Source: Candidatus Margulisiibacteriota bacterium (lineage in GTDB: Bacteria > Margulisbacteria > WOR-1 > O2-12-FULL-45-9 > XYB2-FULL-48-7). Taken from it: a DNA stretch of 64,000 bases. The notes beneath the pieces were generated by a model. That model was given only the letters and a program-made list of their open reading frames with translations. It ran no database searches and was not told the DNA's origin. Below, piece after piece: positions 9,915 through 18,546 of this stretch. Positions within the stretch are counted from its first letter, which is position 1. Every line of letters begins with the position of its first letter. The stretch is from positions 1,077 to 65,076 of the forward strand of contig JAHJKL010000042.1 of NCBI GenBank assembly GCA_018822365.1, given 5' to 3'. The translations under genes and the position numbers were made by a program.

Positions 9915-11264
9915 ATGTTAACATGGTTCAGAAAAAATACAAAAGGGATTATGATCACGGTCGCGGTTGTTTTTATCGGGTCGATGTTTTATGGTTTGGG
10001 TTATTCCCGTTTCAGCGAACAAGGATCTGATCAGCCCAAGAAACCATCAGGATTAGCCAAGGTCAATGGGGAAGAGATCAGCGTCCAGCGTTATCGGGAA
10101 TTAATAAACCGGATCGCGCAAAACAGCGGCCGCCAGGTCAGTGCCAGGGATCTGCCTTATATTGAATCCATGGCTTTGGGACAAACCATTGATTTTACCA
10201 TTATACTTCAGGATGCCAGGAAAAAAGAGCGGGTAAACGGCAGCGAGATCGATTCCGTCCTTGATAATATCCAGACCCAAAACAAGCTGGCTAACAGAGG
10301 AGACCTGGAAAAAGCGCTCAAGAGCTCCGGTTTTACTCTGGGAAGTTTCCGTGATTTTATTCGCGACGATATTCTGGTCCAAAAGAGGCAAATGAAGCTT
10401 CGGGAAGGGGTCTCGGTAACTCCTGACGACCTCCGCGAGATCCGCGCCTCACACATCCTGGTCAAGGAAGAGCCTAACGCCAAACTGATCCTGGAAAAAG
10501 TCAAAAAGGGCGAGGACTTTGCCAAGCTGGCCAAGCAATATTCGACCGATTCGGGCAGCGCGGTCAAAGGGGGAGATCTTGGTTATTTCTCCACCGGGAT
10601 GATGGTCAAACCCTTTGAAGAAGCGGCGTTCTCACTGAAAAACGGTGAGGTTAGCGGCATTGTCAAAACCCAGTTCGGTTATCACATAATTAAAGTGGTC
10701 GATTCAAGACTTCGCAAGATCGACTCGGCCAAAGGGAATATTGATGAAGTATTGCTGAAGCAGAAACAGCAAGCGGTTTTCAACCAATGGCATAGCGAAC
10801 TCCAGTCCAAGGCCAAAGTCGAGATCGAGGAGCCGACCCTATTGGCCCATTCATACCGGAGCCAGGGAAAAAATGCTGAAGCGGCCGCTGAATATAAAAA
10901 AGCGATCACCTTCAATCCGGCCAACGCGTACCTTTATGTCTTCCTGGGCGACACCTACATGACCATGGGACAGAAGGATCTGGCCCTCGCCGCTTACGTC
11001 GATGCGGTCAAAACCGAGGGAGGCAATCCGGATCTTTACCTGATCCTGGGAACAACCTACAACAAGCTGGGTAAAAAGGCGGAAGCGGCCGAACAGTTCA
11101 ATAAAGCCTCACTTATTGCCGGGGACGACAAGGGATTGCACGAAAACCTGCTTAAGGTCTTTAAGGAATTAAAGCTGCCGGCTAATATCGCCAGAGAGAA
11201 TGCGGAGCTTGCCCGAATCGCTAAAAAAGAACAGTTTGAAAAATCACTGACTACCGGGAAATAA
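9915..11264 (+). CDS. PpiC-type (parvulin) peptidyl-prolyl isomerase with a SurA-like N-terminal region fused to C-terminal TPR repeats
   Basis: Parvulin core (SHILVKEE...GGDLGYF...GYHIIKV), an N-terminal signal anchor, and C-terminal TPR-like repeats. AAGGAGAAGG RBS. Confidence 0.7.
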   Translation: MLTWFRKNTKGIMITVAVVFIGSMFYGLGYSRFSEQGSDQPKKPSGLAKVNGEEISVQRYRELINRIAQNSGRQVSARDLPYIESMALGQTIDFTIILQDARKKERVNGSEIDSVLDNIQTQNKLANRGDLEKALKSSGFTLGSFRDFIRDDILVQKRQMKLREGVSVTPDDLREIRASHILVKEEPNAKLILEKVKKGEDFAKLAKQYSTDSGSAVKGGDLGYFSTGMMVKPFEEAAFSLKNGEVSGIVKTQFGYHIIKVVDSRLRKIDSAKGNIDEVLLKQKQQAVFNQWHSELQSKAKVEIEEPTLLAHSYRSQGKNAEAAAEYKKAITFNPANAYLYVFLGDTYMTMGQKDLALAAYVDAVKTEGGNPDLYLILGTTYNKLGKKAEAAEQFNKASLIAGDDKGLHENLLKVFKELKLPANIARENAELARIAKKEQFEKSLTTGK

Positions 11265-11267
11265 GGG

Positions 11268-12647
11268 CTAGATCAAGGCCGCTGCTTCCTGCAGGAAAAA
11301 GTCAACTTCTGCCTGGGTGCGTCCTTCTGCGTAAATCCGCAGAAGCGGTTCAGTCCCAGAAGCGCGAAAAAGTATCCAGGCATTGTCTTCAAAGGTGAAT
11401 TTCAAGCCGTCCAGCGTTTCGGTTTTGGCGATCTTCTTACCGGCAAAAACGGCCGGAGGGGACTGTTTTAGTTCTTCAACCTTCTCGGGTCCTTTAGTCG
11501 TGCGGATGTCGTTCCGGTTATAATAGTAATATCCATATTTAACCATTAATTCATCCGCGATCTTCGCGAGAGTTTTTTGTTCTTTGGCCATTAACTCCAG
11601 GAGCATCAGGCCTGCCAATATCCCGTCCCGCTCCGGAATAAAACCATAAATTCCCATCCCGCCGCTTTCCTCTCCACCCAGGACAACCTTTTTTTCCAGC
11701 ATTTCTTTAGCAATATATTTGAAGCCGATCGGCTTCACCTCAAGCGGTACTTTATAGTCGGCGCACATTGAGTCGACCAGGTTGCTGATATTAAATGTCT
11801 TGACCACTGTACCGGTCAGCTTCCGGTTCTCGTGCAAATGCTTGAGCAGAAGGGAAAATATCTTATGAGTGTTAATATATTCGCCGGTCTGGTCAATGCC
11901 GGCAATCCGGTCAGCGTCGCCGTCGAGAACAATGCAAACCGCCGGGCTGGTCAGCCTGGCGCCAAAAGTCTTCATAAAATTGATGGAACTTTGCAAATTA
12001 ACGGCCAGCGGCTCCGGATTGATCCCGCCAAAAGTTGTGTCCCGCTTCCCGCGGATCTCGGTAGCTTTTATCCCCAGCTTCGCGAAATAACCTGCGCCGC
12101 TCCCGTGCATCGGATCAATAACTATTTCGAGGCCCGCTCTGTTGATCGTTTTAATATCAGCCAGTTCCGACAGCTTGGCCAAATATTCCGGGTCAGGGTT
12201 AAATTCAACCAAATTCGCCGAAGACGGGGTAATTTCCAACAGATCGGTCAAATGAGCTTCAACGCCCCGGGTCGTTTCCGGGAAGGCAGAACCGCCAAAA
12301 GCCTCTTTGATCTTAAATCCATTGTAATCCGGAGGATTATGCGATGCGGTTATCATGATCCCGGCAGCTAAGCCGCGGTTTTTAACCGCGTAAGATACGA
12401 CCGGGGAGGGGACAGAATGTTTGGTCAGATAAGCCTTGATCCCGGCGCCGGAAACAACCTCGGCCGCTACCCGGGCAAAGACCTCGGAGTTGGCTCGATT
12501 GTCGTAACCGATCGCGATACCGGAAAGTTCACCTTTTTTTTGCAAATACCTGACCAGGGCCTGGGTCACCAGCTCAACATTGGCTTTGGTAAAATCTTCA
12601 GACATCTTTGCCCGCCAGCCATCGGTCCCAAATTTAATTGTCACCAT
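11268..12647 (-). CDS. phosphoglucomutase/phosphomannomutase family protein
   Basis: GTDGWR and the TASHNPPDYNGFK phosphoserine loop. The start was set at MVTIKF (the ORF-track start would overlap PBP1A by about 120 bp). Confidence 0.8.
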   Translation of the reverse strand: MVTIKFGTDGWRAKMSEDFTKANVELVTQALVRYLQKKGELSGIAIGYDNRANSEVFARVAAEVVSGAGIKAYLTKHSVPSPVVSYAVKNRGLAAGIMITASHNPPDYNGFKIKEAFGGSAFPETTRGVEAHLTDLLEITPSSANLVEFNPDPEYLAKLSELADIKTINRAGLEIVIDPMHGSGAGYFAKLGIKATEIRGKRDTTFGGINPEPLAVNLQSSINFMKTFGARLTSPAVCIVLDGDADRIAGIDQTGEYINTHKIFSLLLKHLHENRKLTGTVVKTFNISNLVDSMCADYKVPLEVKPIGFKYIAKEMLEKKVVLGGEESGGMGIYGFIPERDGILAGLMLLELMAKEQKTLAKIADELMVKYGYYYYNRNDIRTTKGPEKVEELKQSPPAVFAGKKIAKTETLDGLKFTFEDNAWILFRASGTEPLLRIYAEGRTQAEVDFFLQEAAALI

Positions 12648-14619
12648 TGACCTCTTCCGGGGCAGGGTCGCCATCAGGTAATTTCCGGGGAGCAGAAAGT
12701 GATTGAACATCTTCCGGGGCAGGGTCGCCTTCAGGGGGCTCTTCACCTTCGGCATTGATCTTATTTTCCTGGATCACGGTCTCTTCGGGGATCTGCGGCT
12801 TGGGAAAATCAAGCGGAGCCATCTTTGCCAGGGCGACAGTATTATAAGCTTTCCAGATCCGCGGGCAAACCCCGACTTCCGCCACCCCTTTCATCGGAGT
12901 ATTATCGTCATTTCCAACCCAAACACCGGTCACCAGCTGTGGGACAAAACCAATAAACCAGGCATCTTTGAATTCCTGCGATGTCCCGGTCTTGGCGGCG
13001 GCCGGCCTGCCGATGTTTGCCCGATAACCGGTCCCGCGAGAGATCACTCCGCGCATCATGTCGACCATGATCGCCGAGACGTTCGGGTCAAGGACTCGCC
13101 GCTCAATTATCTTGTTTTGATAAAGGACCACTCCATCCCGGTTTTCGATCTTCACGATCGATGCCGGTTCGACCCTGATTCCATTATTGGCCAGGACCCC
13201 GTAAGCCGAGGTCATCTCAAGAAGGGTCACTTCCGATGCGCCTAGCGCCAGGGAAAGGGAAGGCTCCAAATGGCTGGTAATCCCCATTTTTTGAGCAACG
13301 TTGATCGCGTTGGGGATCCCTACGATCTCCAAAAGCTTGATTGCCGGGATATTGAGCGATTTTTCAAGGGCGGTCCTCATGGTCACCGCCCCATGGAACT
13401 TACTGTCAAAATTTTGCGGTGTCCAGGTCCCGTCCGGGTTCCATTTGTTGACCCAGACCTTGAAAGTGGTCGGCGTATCCTGAAGGAGGGTATAAGGCAT
13501 CAATCCCTGTTCGATCGCCGTAGTGTAAACGAACGGTTTAAAAGAAGAGCCTGGCTGGCGTTTGGCCTGGGTCGCCCGGTTAAATTTGCTCTCCAGAAAA
13601 TCGGCCCCCCCAACCATCGCTTTGATGTAACCGGTGGTTGGATCGATAGACATTAATGCTCCCTGGGTAAATTTGAACTTCGGCCCTTCGTTCTTTATAA
13701 ACTCAGTCACCGCTTTTTCTGCGGCAAATTGCATTGAGGTGTCCAGGGTTGTGTAAACGCGGAGGCCGCCATGATAGATCATATCCTGACCGTAAAGGTC
13801 GGTAATCTCCTGCAGGACATGGCTGATAAAGTAGGGGGCGATCTCTCCCCGCATCTTCAGGTTCTGCGGAAAAAAGCTTAGCGTTCCCGCGGCCGCCGCT
13901 TTGGCTTCTTTTTCATCAGCCAGATGATGCTCGATCATCCTGTTCAAGATATCGATCTGCCGAAGCTTGGCCCCTTTTAAGTTGCGATAGGGAGAATAGA
14001 GCTCCGGCCCGCGAATAATTCCGGCGATCATGGCCGATTCCGCCAGGGTCAATTCCGACGCATGTTTGTTAAAATAAAGATTGGCGGCTGATTCTATCCC
14101 GTATGTGTTATGGCCCAGGTAGACCTGATTAAGATACATTTCCAGGATCTCTTCTTTAGTGTAGCGGCGTTCCATCTGAACCGCCAAAACCGCTTCAGCC
14201 AGCTTGCGGGTCAGCGCTTTTTTCTTGGTCAGGAAAAGATTCTTGGCCAACTGCTGGGTTAAAGTGCTCCCCCCCTCAACCACCCGGCCATAAGCAAAGT
14301 TTTTGACCGCCGCCCGGGTGATCCCGAGAAAATCAAGGCCGCGATGATGATAAAAGTTTGGATCTTCAGTCGCGATCACCGCTTTAATAAAGTACGGATT
14401 GATCTTTGAGAGCGGGACCACCTGGCGGTTTTCTTCCTGGTGAAAACGGGCCAGGATCTTGCCGTCGGCCGCGTAGAGGATGGTGCTTTCGCTTGGAACA
14501 TACGAGTTGATCATTCCCACATCAGGAAGCTGCTGCACTATTTGAAGGGAAGCGCCAGAAACCGACGCGATAATAATTAAAAACATGATCAGAACGATCC
14601 GTCCGGGCCGAATTTTCAT
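12634..14619 (-). CDS. class A penicillin-binding protein (transglycosylase plus transpeptidase)
   Basis: GT51 motifs (RGGSTLTQQLAKN, EDxxF) and a transpeptidase domain (SxxK region). N-terminal TM anchor. Low-complexity C-terminal tail. Confidence 0.85.
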   Translation of the reverse strand: MKIRPGRIVLIMFLIIIASVSGASLQIVQQLPDVGMINSYVPSESTILYAADGKILARFHQEENRQVVPLSKINPYFIKAVIATEDPNFYHHRGLDFLGITRAAVKNFAYGRVVEGGSTLTQQLAKNLFLTKKKALTRKLAEAVLAVQMERRYTKEEILEMYLNQVYLGHNTYGIESAANLYFNKHASELTLAESAMIAGIIRGPELYSPYRNLKGAKLRQIDILNRMIEHHLADEKEAKAAAAGTLSFFPQNLKMRGEIAPYFISHVLQEITDLYGQDMIYHGGLRVYTTLDTSMQFAAEKAVTEFIKNEGPKFKFTQGALMSIDPTTGYIKAMVGGADFLESKFNRATQAKRQPGSSFKPFVYTTAIEQGLMPYTLLQDTPTTFKVWVNKWNPDGTWTPQNFDSKFHGAVTMRTALEKSLNIPAIKLLEIVGIPNAINVAQKMGITSHLEPSLSLALGASEVTLLEMTSAYGVLANNGIRVEPASIVKIENRDGVVLYQNKIIERRVLDPNVSAIMVDMMRGVISRGTGYRANIGRPAAAKTGTSQEFKDAWFIGFVPQLVTGVWVGNDDNTPMKGVAEVGVCPRIWKAYNTVALAKMAPLDFPKPQIPEETVIQENKINAEGEEPPEGDPAPEDVQSLSAPRKLPDGDPAPEEVNGDN

Positions 14620-14647
14620 AATGAAATTATAACATGTTTTGTTTTGC

Positions 14648-14676
14648 TTGATAAGAAATACTCCCTGTGATATATT
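14648..14676 (+). promoter_or_regulatory. putative promoter for aroQ (TTGATA-17 bp-TATATT), short or leaderless transcript
   Basis: Hexamers read from the sequence. The -10 ends 9 bp before the aroQ ATG. Confidence 0.35.
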
Positions 14677-14685
14677 TTAGGCATC

Positions 14686-15117
14686 ATGAAGATCCTGGTT
14701 ATCCATGGGCCGAATTTATCTCTGCTGGGTGAGAGGGAAACCGATGTTTACGGCAGGCTGACCCTGGAAGAGATCAACAACTCCCTGCTGGAATCAGCCA
14801 AAAAAGAAGGAGTAGAGCTTGAGATAGTCCAAATGGACAGCGAAGGTGAGATCGTCGAAAAGATCGGCGCCGCGAGAAAACAGTTCCAGGCCCTGCTGAT
14901 CAATCCGGGCGCTTACACACATTATAGTATCGCGATCCGCGATGCGGTCGCCGGAGTAAAGATCCCGACCGTTGAGGTCCATCTCTCCAATATCTACGCC
15001 CGCGAAGAATTCCGCCAGAAATCGGTCATTGCCCCGGTCGCGGTCGGCCAGGTTTCCGGCTTTGGCCTCAACAGCTATCTTCTTGGCCTCAAGGCGGCTA
15101 TCGCCATCGCCAAATGA
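14686..15117 (+). CDS. aroQ: 3-dehydroquinate dehydratase, type II
   Basis: N-terminus [18 protein letters not shown] and the HLSNI motif. Confidence 0.9.
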   Translation: MKILVIHGPNLSLLGERETDVYGRLTLEEINNSLLESAKKEGVELEIVQMDSEGEIVEKIGAARKQFQALLINPGAYTHYSIAIRDAVAGVKIPTVEVHLSNIYAREEFRQKSVIAPVAVGQVSGFGLNSYLLGLKAAIAIAK

Positions 15118-15788
15118 ACCCCAACCAACAGCGGGCGGTCGAGATCGCCCGCGAGGTGATGAATAGCCTCCGGATCAAAGCCGGTCAAAGCGAAAAAGAA
15201 ATCTCCGCCCGGATAATAAGTGAAATTAAACGCCGTGGCGCTGAACCATCTTTCCCGGTGATTGTCGCTTCAGGGGTCCGCTCGATCGATCCTCACGCCA
15301 AACCATCTAAAAATAAGATCAAAAACGGCGAGCAGGTCATGGTCGATCTGGGAGCAAAGTACAAAGGGTATTGCTCCGATATCACCAGAATGTTCTTTGT
15401 CGGCAAGCCAACCAAAAAATATCTTCACTATTACAATATAGTAAAAACAGCTCAAAAAATGGCGATCGCGGCTGTTCGGGACGGGGCTTATTGCCGCGAT
15501 ATTGATCTGACCGCCCGTACGTATATTAAAAGGTTATGCTTCAAAGCCTGCCATATCAAGGAAAAGGACTGCCCCGGCGAATGTTTTATTCATACCACCG
15601 GCCATGGGGTTGGGAAAAAGATCCATCAGTCCCCCAGGATCTCTCTAAAAAGCCGGGCAAAATTAAAGTCCGGGATGGTGATCACGGTTGAACCAGGCAT
15701 CTACATTAAGGGGTGGGGAGGGATCAGGATCGAGGACATGGTCCTGGTGACCAACAAGGGTTGCCAGGTTTTAACGAACGACCATTAA
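15114..15788 (+). CDS. M24-family metallopeptidase, catalytic 'pita-bread' domain only (short Xaa-Pro aminopeptidase-like)
   Basis: HTTGHGVG and VEPGIY motifs. No N-terminal creatinase-like domain. A 4-bp overlap with aroQ. Confidence 0.7.
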   Translation: MNPNQQRAVEIAREVMNSLRIKAGQSEKEISARIISEIKRRGAEPSFPVIVASGVRSIDPHAKPSKNKIKNGEQVMVDLGAKYKGYCSDITRMFFVGKPTKKYLHYYNIVKTAQKMAIAAVRDGAYCRDIDLTARTYIKRLCFKACHIKEKDCPGECFIHTTGHGVGKKIHQSPRISLKSRAKLKSGMVITVEPGIYIKGWGGIRIEDMVLVTNKGCQVLTNDH

Positions 15789-17273
15789 GGGGATTGGATT
15801 CTTGATTAGCAGATTACTGATCCAGCTCAAAAGAGCCCGCCCATAGCCAATGAATCCCGAGATAAAAGTCCTTTCCATCAGATTGACTTTCGCCAGACCA
15901 AGCCAGGCTGCTGTTGAACGATTGTTCATTTTTATCGCTTGCATGAACATCCCGCGGGCGGTCGCGTAATCTTTGTTCCGAGAATACGCTTCACCCATCA
16001 GCTGCCAGAGAAAAAATGTGCGGTCAGCCGGTTCGATCGAATCAATGTAATTTATTACCTGATCCGGACCGGCCGTAATAGCGGCGTTAAACGCCCGCAT
16101 CGCTTCTTTAGCGTAGCGCAATTTAACCAGGACCTCTCCCAAATAACAATAAGCGTAAGCATTGGTCGGATGTTCATCGATAACTTCATGCAAATAATTC
16201 TTCGCATCGATCAAACGTCCGGACATGATCATGGCCAAAGCTTTGTTGTTGACCGCTTGAAGGTACTGCTTGTTTATAGCTATCGAAATATCAAAACAAC
16301 GGATCGCCTTATCAATATCCCCTTCCCGGTTTCGCTGTATAAATGAAAGGCCGAGGTTGTTAAAAATGATCGGGTCATTCAATCCCCATTTAAGCAGCAA
16401 CTCCAGCATTTCGATCGCTTTGTCCAGGTCCCCCTGATTGGCCCGCCAATACGCTTCGTTCGCATAATGCTTGAATATCCCGATATTATCGCCAACAACA
16501 GTGTCCGGTTTGACCGATAATCTCTCTAGCCTCGCTTCAGCCGGATCAAGACAATAATATTTATTGCCAATCGTAACAATCACATTAGCATGGGTCTCTC
16601 CGCGAACCAGGTTAAGTTCGGCTTTTATCCCGGCGATCCGAAGCATCGAGATCAAAAGATTGCTGAATTCACAGCAGGTCGCCACTCTCTCTTCTTTGGA
16701 AGCGTCGATCAGCTCATGGGGGAGAGGATTGCCGCATTTCTGGCGCAGCTTTTCATCTGCTTTTTCACTGTAAATAACCTCTAATCCTCCTTCCTCTTCA
16801 GCCGCCCCGCGAAAAGTGCAAAAATCGGCTTCGTAGAACGAAGCATTATCCCTGAAACTAGGATTGAGGGTTATCCCTTCGATTTTGATCTGTTTTGTCG
16901 GGTGAACGATTGAACATAAAAATAGAAAAGCTATCTTCAATGGAGCGGCTTGCGGCTCATTTTGGATATATATACGGTAGCGTGACAATAACGAGTGAAC
17001 ATGACTTTGCACCGTTTCATTGGTGATATTATAGGGGTTTTCCAGGCCGTGTTCCGCCATAAAATCGGCGATCGGCTTGTACGCGACAACATTATTTAAA
17101 ACAGATGGGTTAACCACCATCGCGAACATATCCCTGGTTGTGCACTGGGAAGGGCGCAGGCCTTCTAATTGTGGGCCGGCATTAACTCTTTCAACCAGAG
17201 CTCTTCGCACGGTGCTATTGCTCCCGCTCATCAAGCCTCGGCGCATCTCATAAACCGCTGATCTTTGTCCCAT
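15771..17273 (-). CDS. transglutaminase-like cysteine protease domain protein with TPR repeats
   Basis: Transglutaminase core Cys...His...Asp context (CCEFSN...HANVIV...CLDP) and several TPR-like helices. Confidence 0.6.
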   Translation of the reverse strand: MGQRSAVYEMRRGLMSGSNSTVRRALVERVNAGPQLEGLRPSQCTTRDMFAMVVNPSVLNNVVAYKPIADFMAEHGLENPYNITNETVQSHVHSLLSRYRIYIQNEPQAAPLKIAFLFLCSIVHPTKQIKIEGITLNPSFRDNASFYEADFCTFRGAAEEEGGLEVIYSEKADEKLRQKCGNPLPHELIDASKEERVATCCEFSNLLISMLRIAGIKAELNLVRGETHANVIVTIGNKYYCLDPAEARLERLSVKPDTVVGDNIGIFKHYANEAYWRANQGDLDKAIEMLELLLKWGLNDPIIFNNLGLSFIQRNREGDIDKAIRCFDISIAINKQYLQAVNNKALAMIMSGRLIDAKNYLHEVIDEHPTNAYAYCYLGEVLVKLRYAKEAMRAFNAAITAGPDQVINYIDSIEPADRTFFLWQLMGEAYSRNKDYATARGMFMQAIKMNNRSTAAWLGLAKVNLMERTFISGFIGYGRALLSWISNLLIKNPIPLMVVR

Positions 17274-17375
17274 TATTAAGCTCTCCTTGGCTCTATTAAT
17301 GAATAAACCGCTTACATGTATATTATCGTCACTTTATAACAATAATTTCATTGGGCAGGCGGCTTTTTTCTCCTT

Positions 17376-17402
17376 TTGACCCTTCTTTTTATGTGATAAA
17401 AT
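17376..17402 (+). promoter_or_regulatory. putative extended -10 promoter for ispD (TTGACC ... TGaTAAAAT)
   Basis: Sequence inspection. 15-bp spacer with an extended -10. Would give a near-leaderless ispD transcript. Confidence 0.3.
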
Positions 17403-17411
17403 AACTATCTT

Positions 17412-18071
17412 ATGAAAACTATCGCCATTATCGTCGCCGGAGGAAAGGGGAGGCGGATGGGGCAAGACAAGCAATTTTTGCCGCTGGCCGGCCAGCCAAT
17501 GATCGCCTGGAGCCTGGCCGCTTTTGAAAAGAGCAAAGAGGTTGACGGGATCATTCTGGTGGTCGCGAAAAACAATATCGCCAAAGCAAAAAAGCTGAAA
17601 AGCAAAAAATTGCTCGCCATAGTTAAAAGCGGCGCCGAGCGACAGGATTCTGTCAGCAACGGCCTAAATCTTTTGCCTAAAACAGCAGAGATCGTCCTGA
17701 TCCATGACGGGGCCAGGCCGGCGGTCACCCCGGAAAGTATTATCGCTTCGATCAAAACGGCTAAACGCCGCGGAGCGGCAGTGGTGGGGGTCCCGGTAAA
17801 AGATACGATCAAATTGACGAAGGGTCGAATATCCATTATTAAAACATTGGATCGAAAATATCTCTGGGCGGCGCAGACACCGCAAACATTTAAGGCCTCC
17901 TTATTATTGAAAGCTTATGCTAAAATCAAGAAGTTATGCACCGATGATGCCATGGTCATGGAAGCGGCCGGATATCCGGTCGAAATGGTCATGGGAAGTT
18001 ACCAGAACATTAAAGCCACGACCCCGGAAGATTTGGAATATCTGGAGACAGTCCTGGCAAAAAGGAGATAA
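17412..18071 (+). CDS. ispD: 2-C-methyl-D-erythritol 4-phosphate cytidylyltransferase
   Basis: N-terminus AIIVAGGKGRRMG and full IspD length. Confidence 0.85.
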   Translation: MKTIAIIVAGGKGRRMGQDKQFLPLAGQPMIAWSLAAFEKSKEVDGIILVVAKNNIAKAKKLKSKKLLAIVKSGAERQDSVSNGLNLLPKTAEIVLIHDGARPAVTPESIIASIKTAKRRGAAVVGVPVKDTIKLTKGRISIIKTLDRKYLWAAQTPQTFKASLLLKAYAKIKKLCTDDAMVMEAAGYPVEMVMGSYQNIKATTPEDLEYLETVLAKRR

Positions 18072-18072
18072 C

Positions 18073-18546
18073 GTGGATTACCTCGTCACTTGGTTTCTGG
18101 CCCTGTTAAACAACTTCCCTTTTGTCGCCGTGGTGGTTTCCTGGTTCATCGCCCAGTCGCTAAAAGTTTTTTTCTACTGGTATAAAGAGGGGGTTCTTTC
18201 TCTCTGGCACTTTTTTGAAGCGGGAGGGATGCCCTCGGCTCATTCGGCTTCGGTCACCGCCTTGACCCTGGCGATCGCGATGACCCAGGGATTAAACTCT
18301 CCGCTTTTTACCATAGCACTCGTATTTGCCTTGATAGTTATGTACGACGCGACCGGTGTCAGGCGGGCGGCCGGCAAGCAAGCGGAGATCCTGAACAGGG
18401 TTGTTGATGACATCTATTCAAATGGCCGGGTTAAGGTCGAAAAACTAAAAGAGATCCTTGGCCATGAGCCAACCGAAGTTTTTGCCGGGTCCGCTCTGGC
18501 AATCGCTTTAACTCTGGTTACCTATTATGTCTACTTTGCTCGATAA
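18073..18546 (+). CDS. divergent PAP2/acid-phosphatase-like membrane protein (DUF212/YuiD-like)
   Basis: GGMPSAHSA motif and transmembrane helices. The start was set at GTG 18073 with an AAAAGGAG RBS; the ORF-track ATG at 17917 overlaps ispD. Confidence 0.6.
   Translation: MDYLVTWFLALLNNFPFVAVVVSWFIAQSLKVFFYWYKEGVLSLWHFFEAGGMPSAHSASVTALTLAIAMTQGLNSPLFTIALVFALIVMYDATGVRRAAGKQAEILNRVVDDIYSNGRVKVEKLKEILGHEPTEVFAGSALAIALTLVTYYVYFAR

Noticed and set aside
17917-18072. Long ATG start for the PAP2-like gene overlapping ispD
   Set aside because: GTG at 18073 with an AAAAGGAG RBS gives a compact non-overlapping gene. The upstream extension is Arg/Trp-rich low-complexity sequence.
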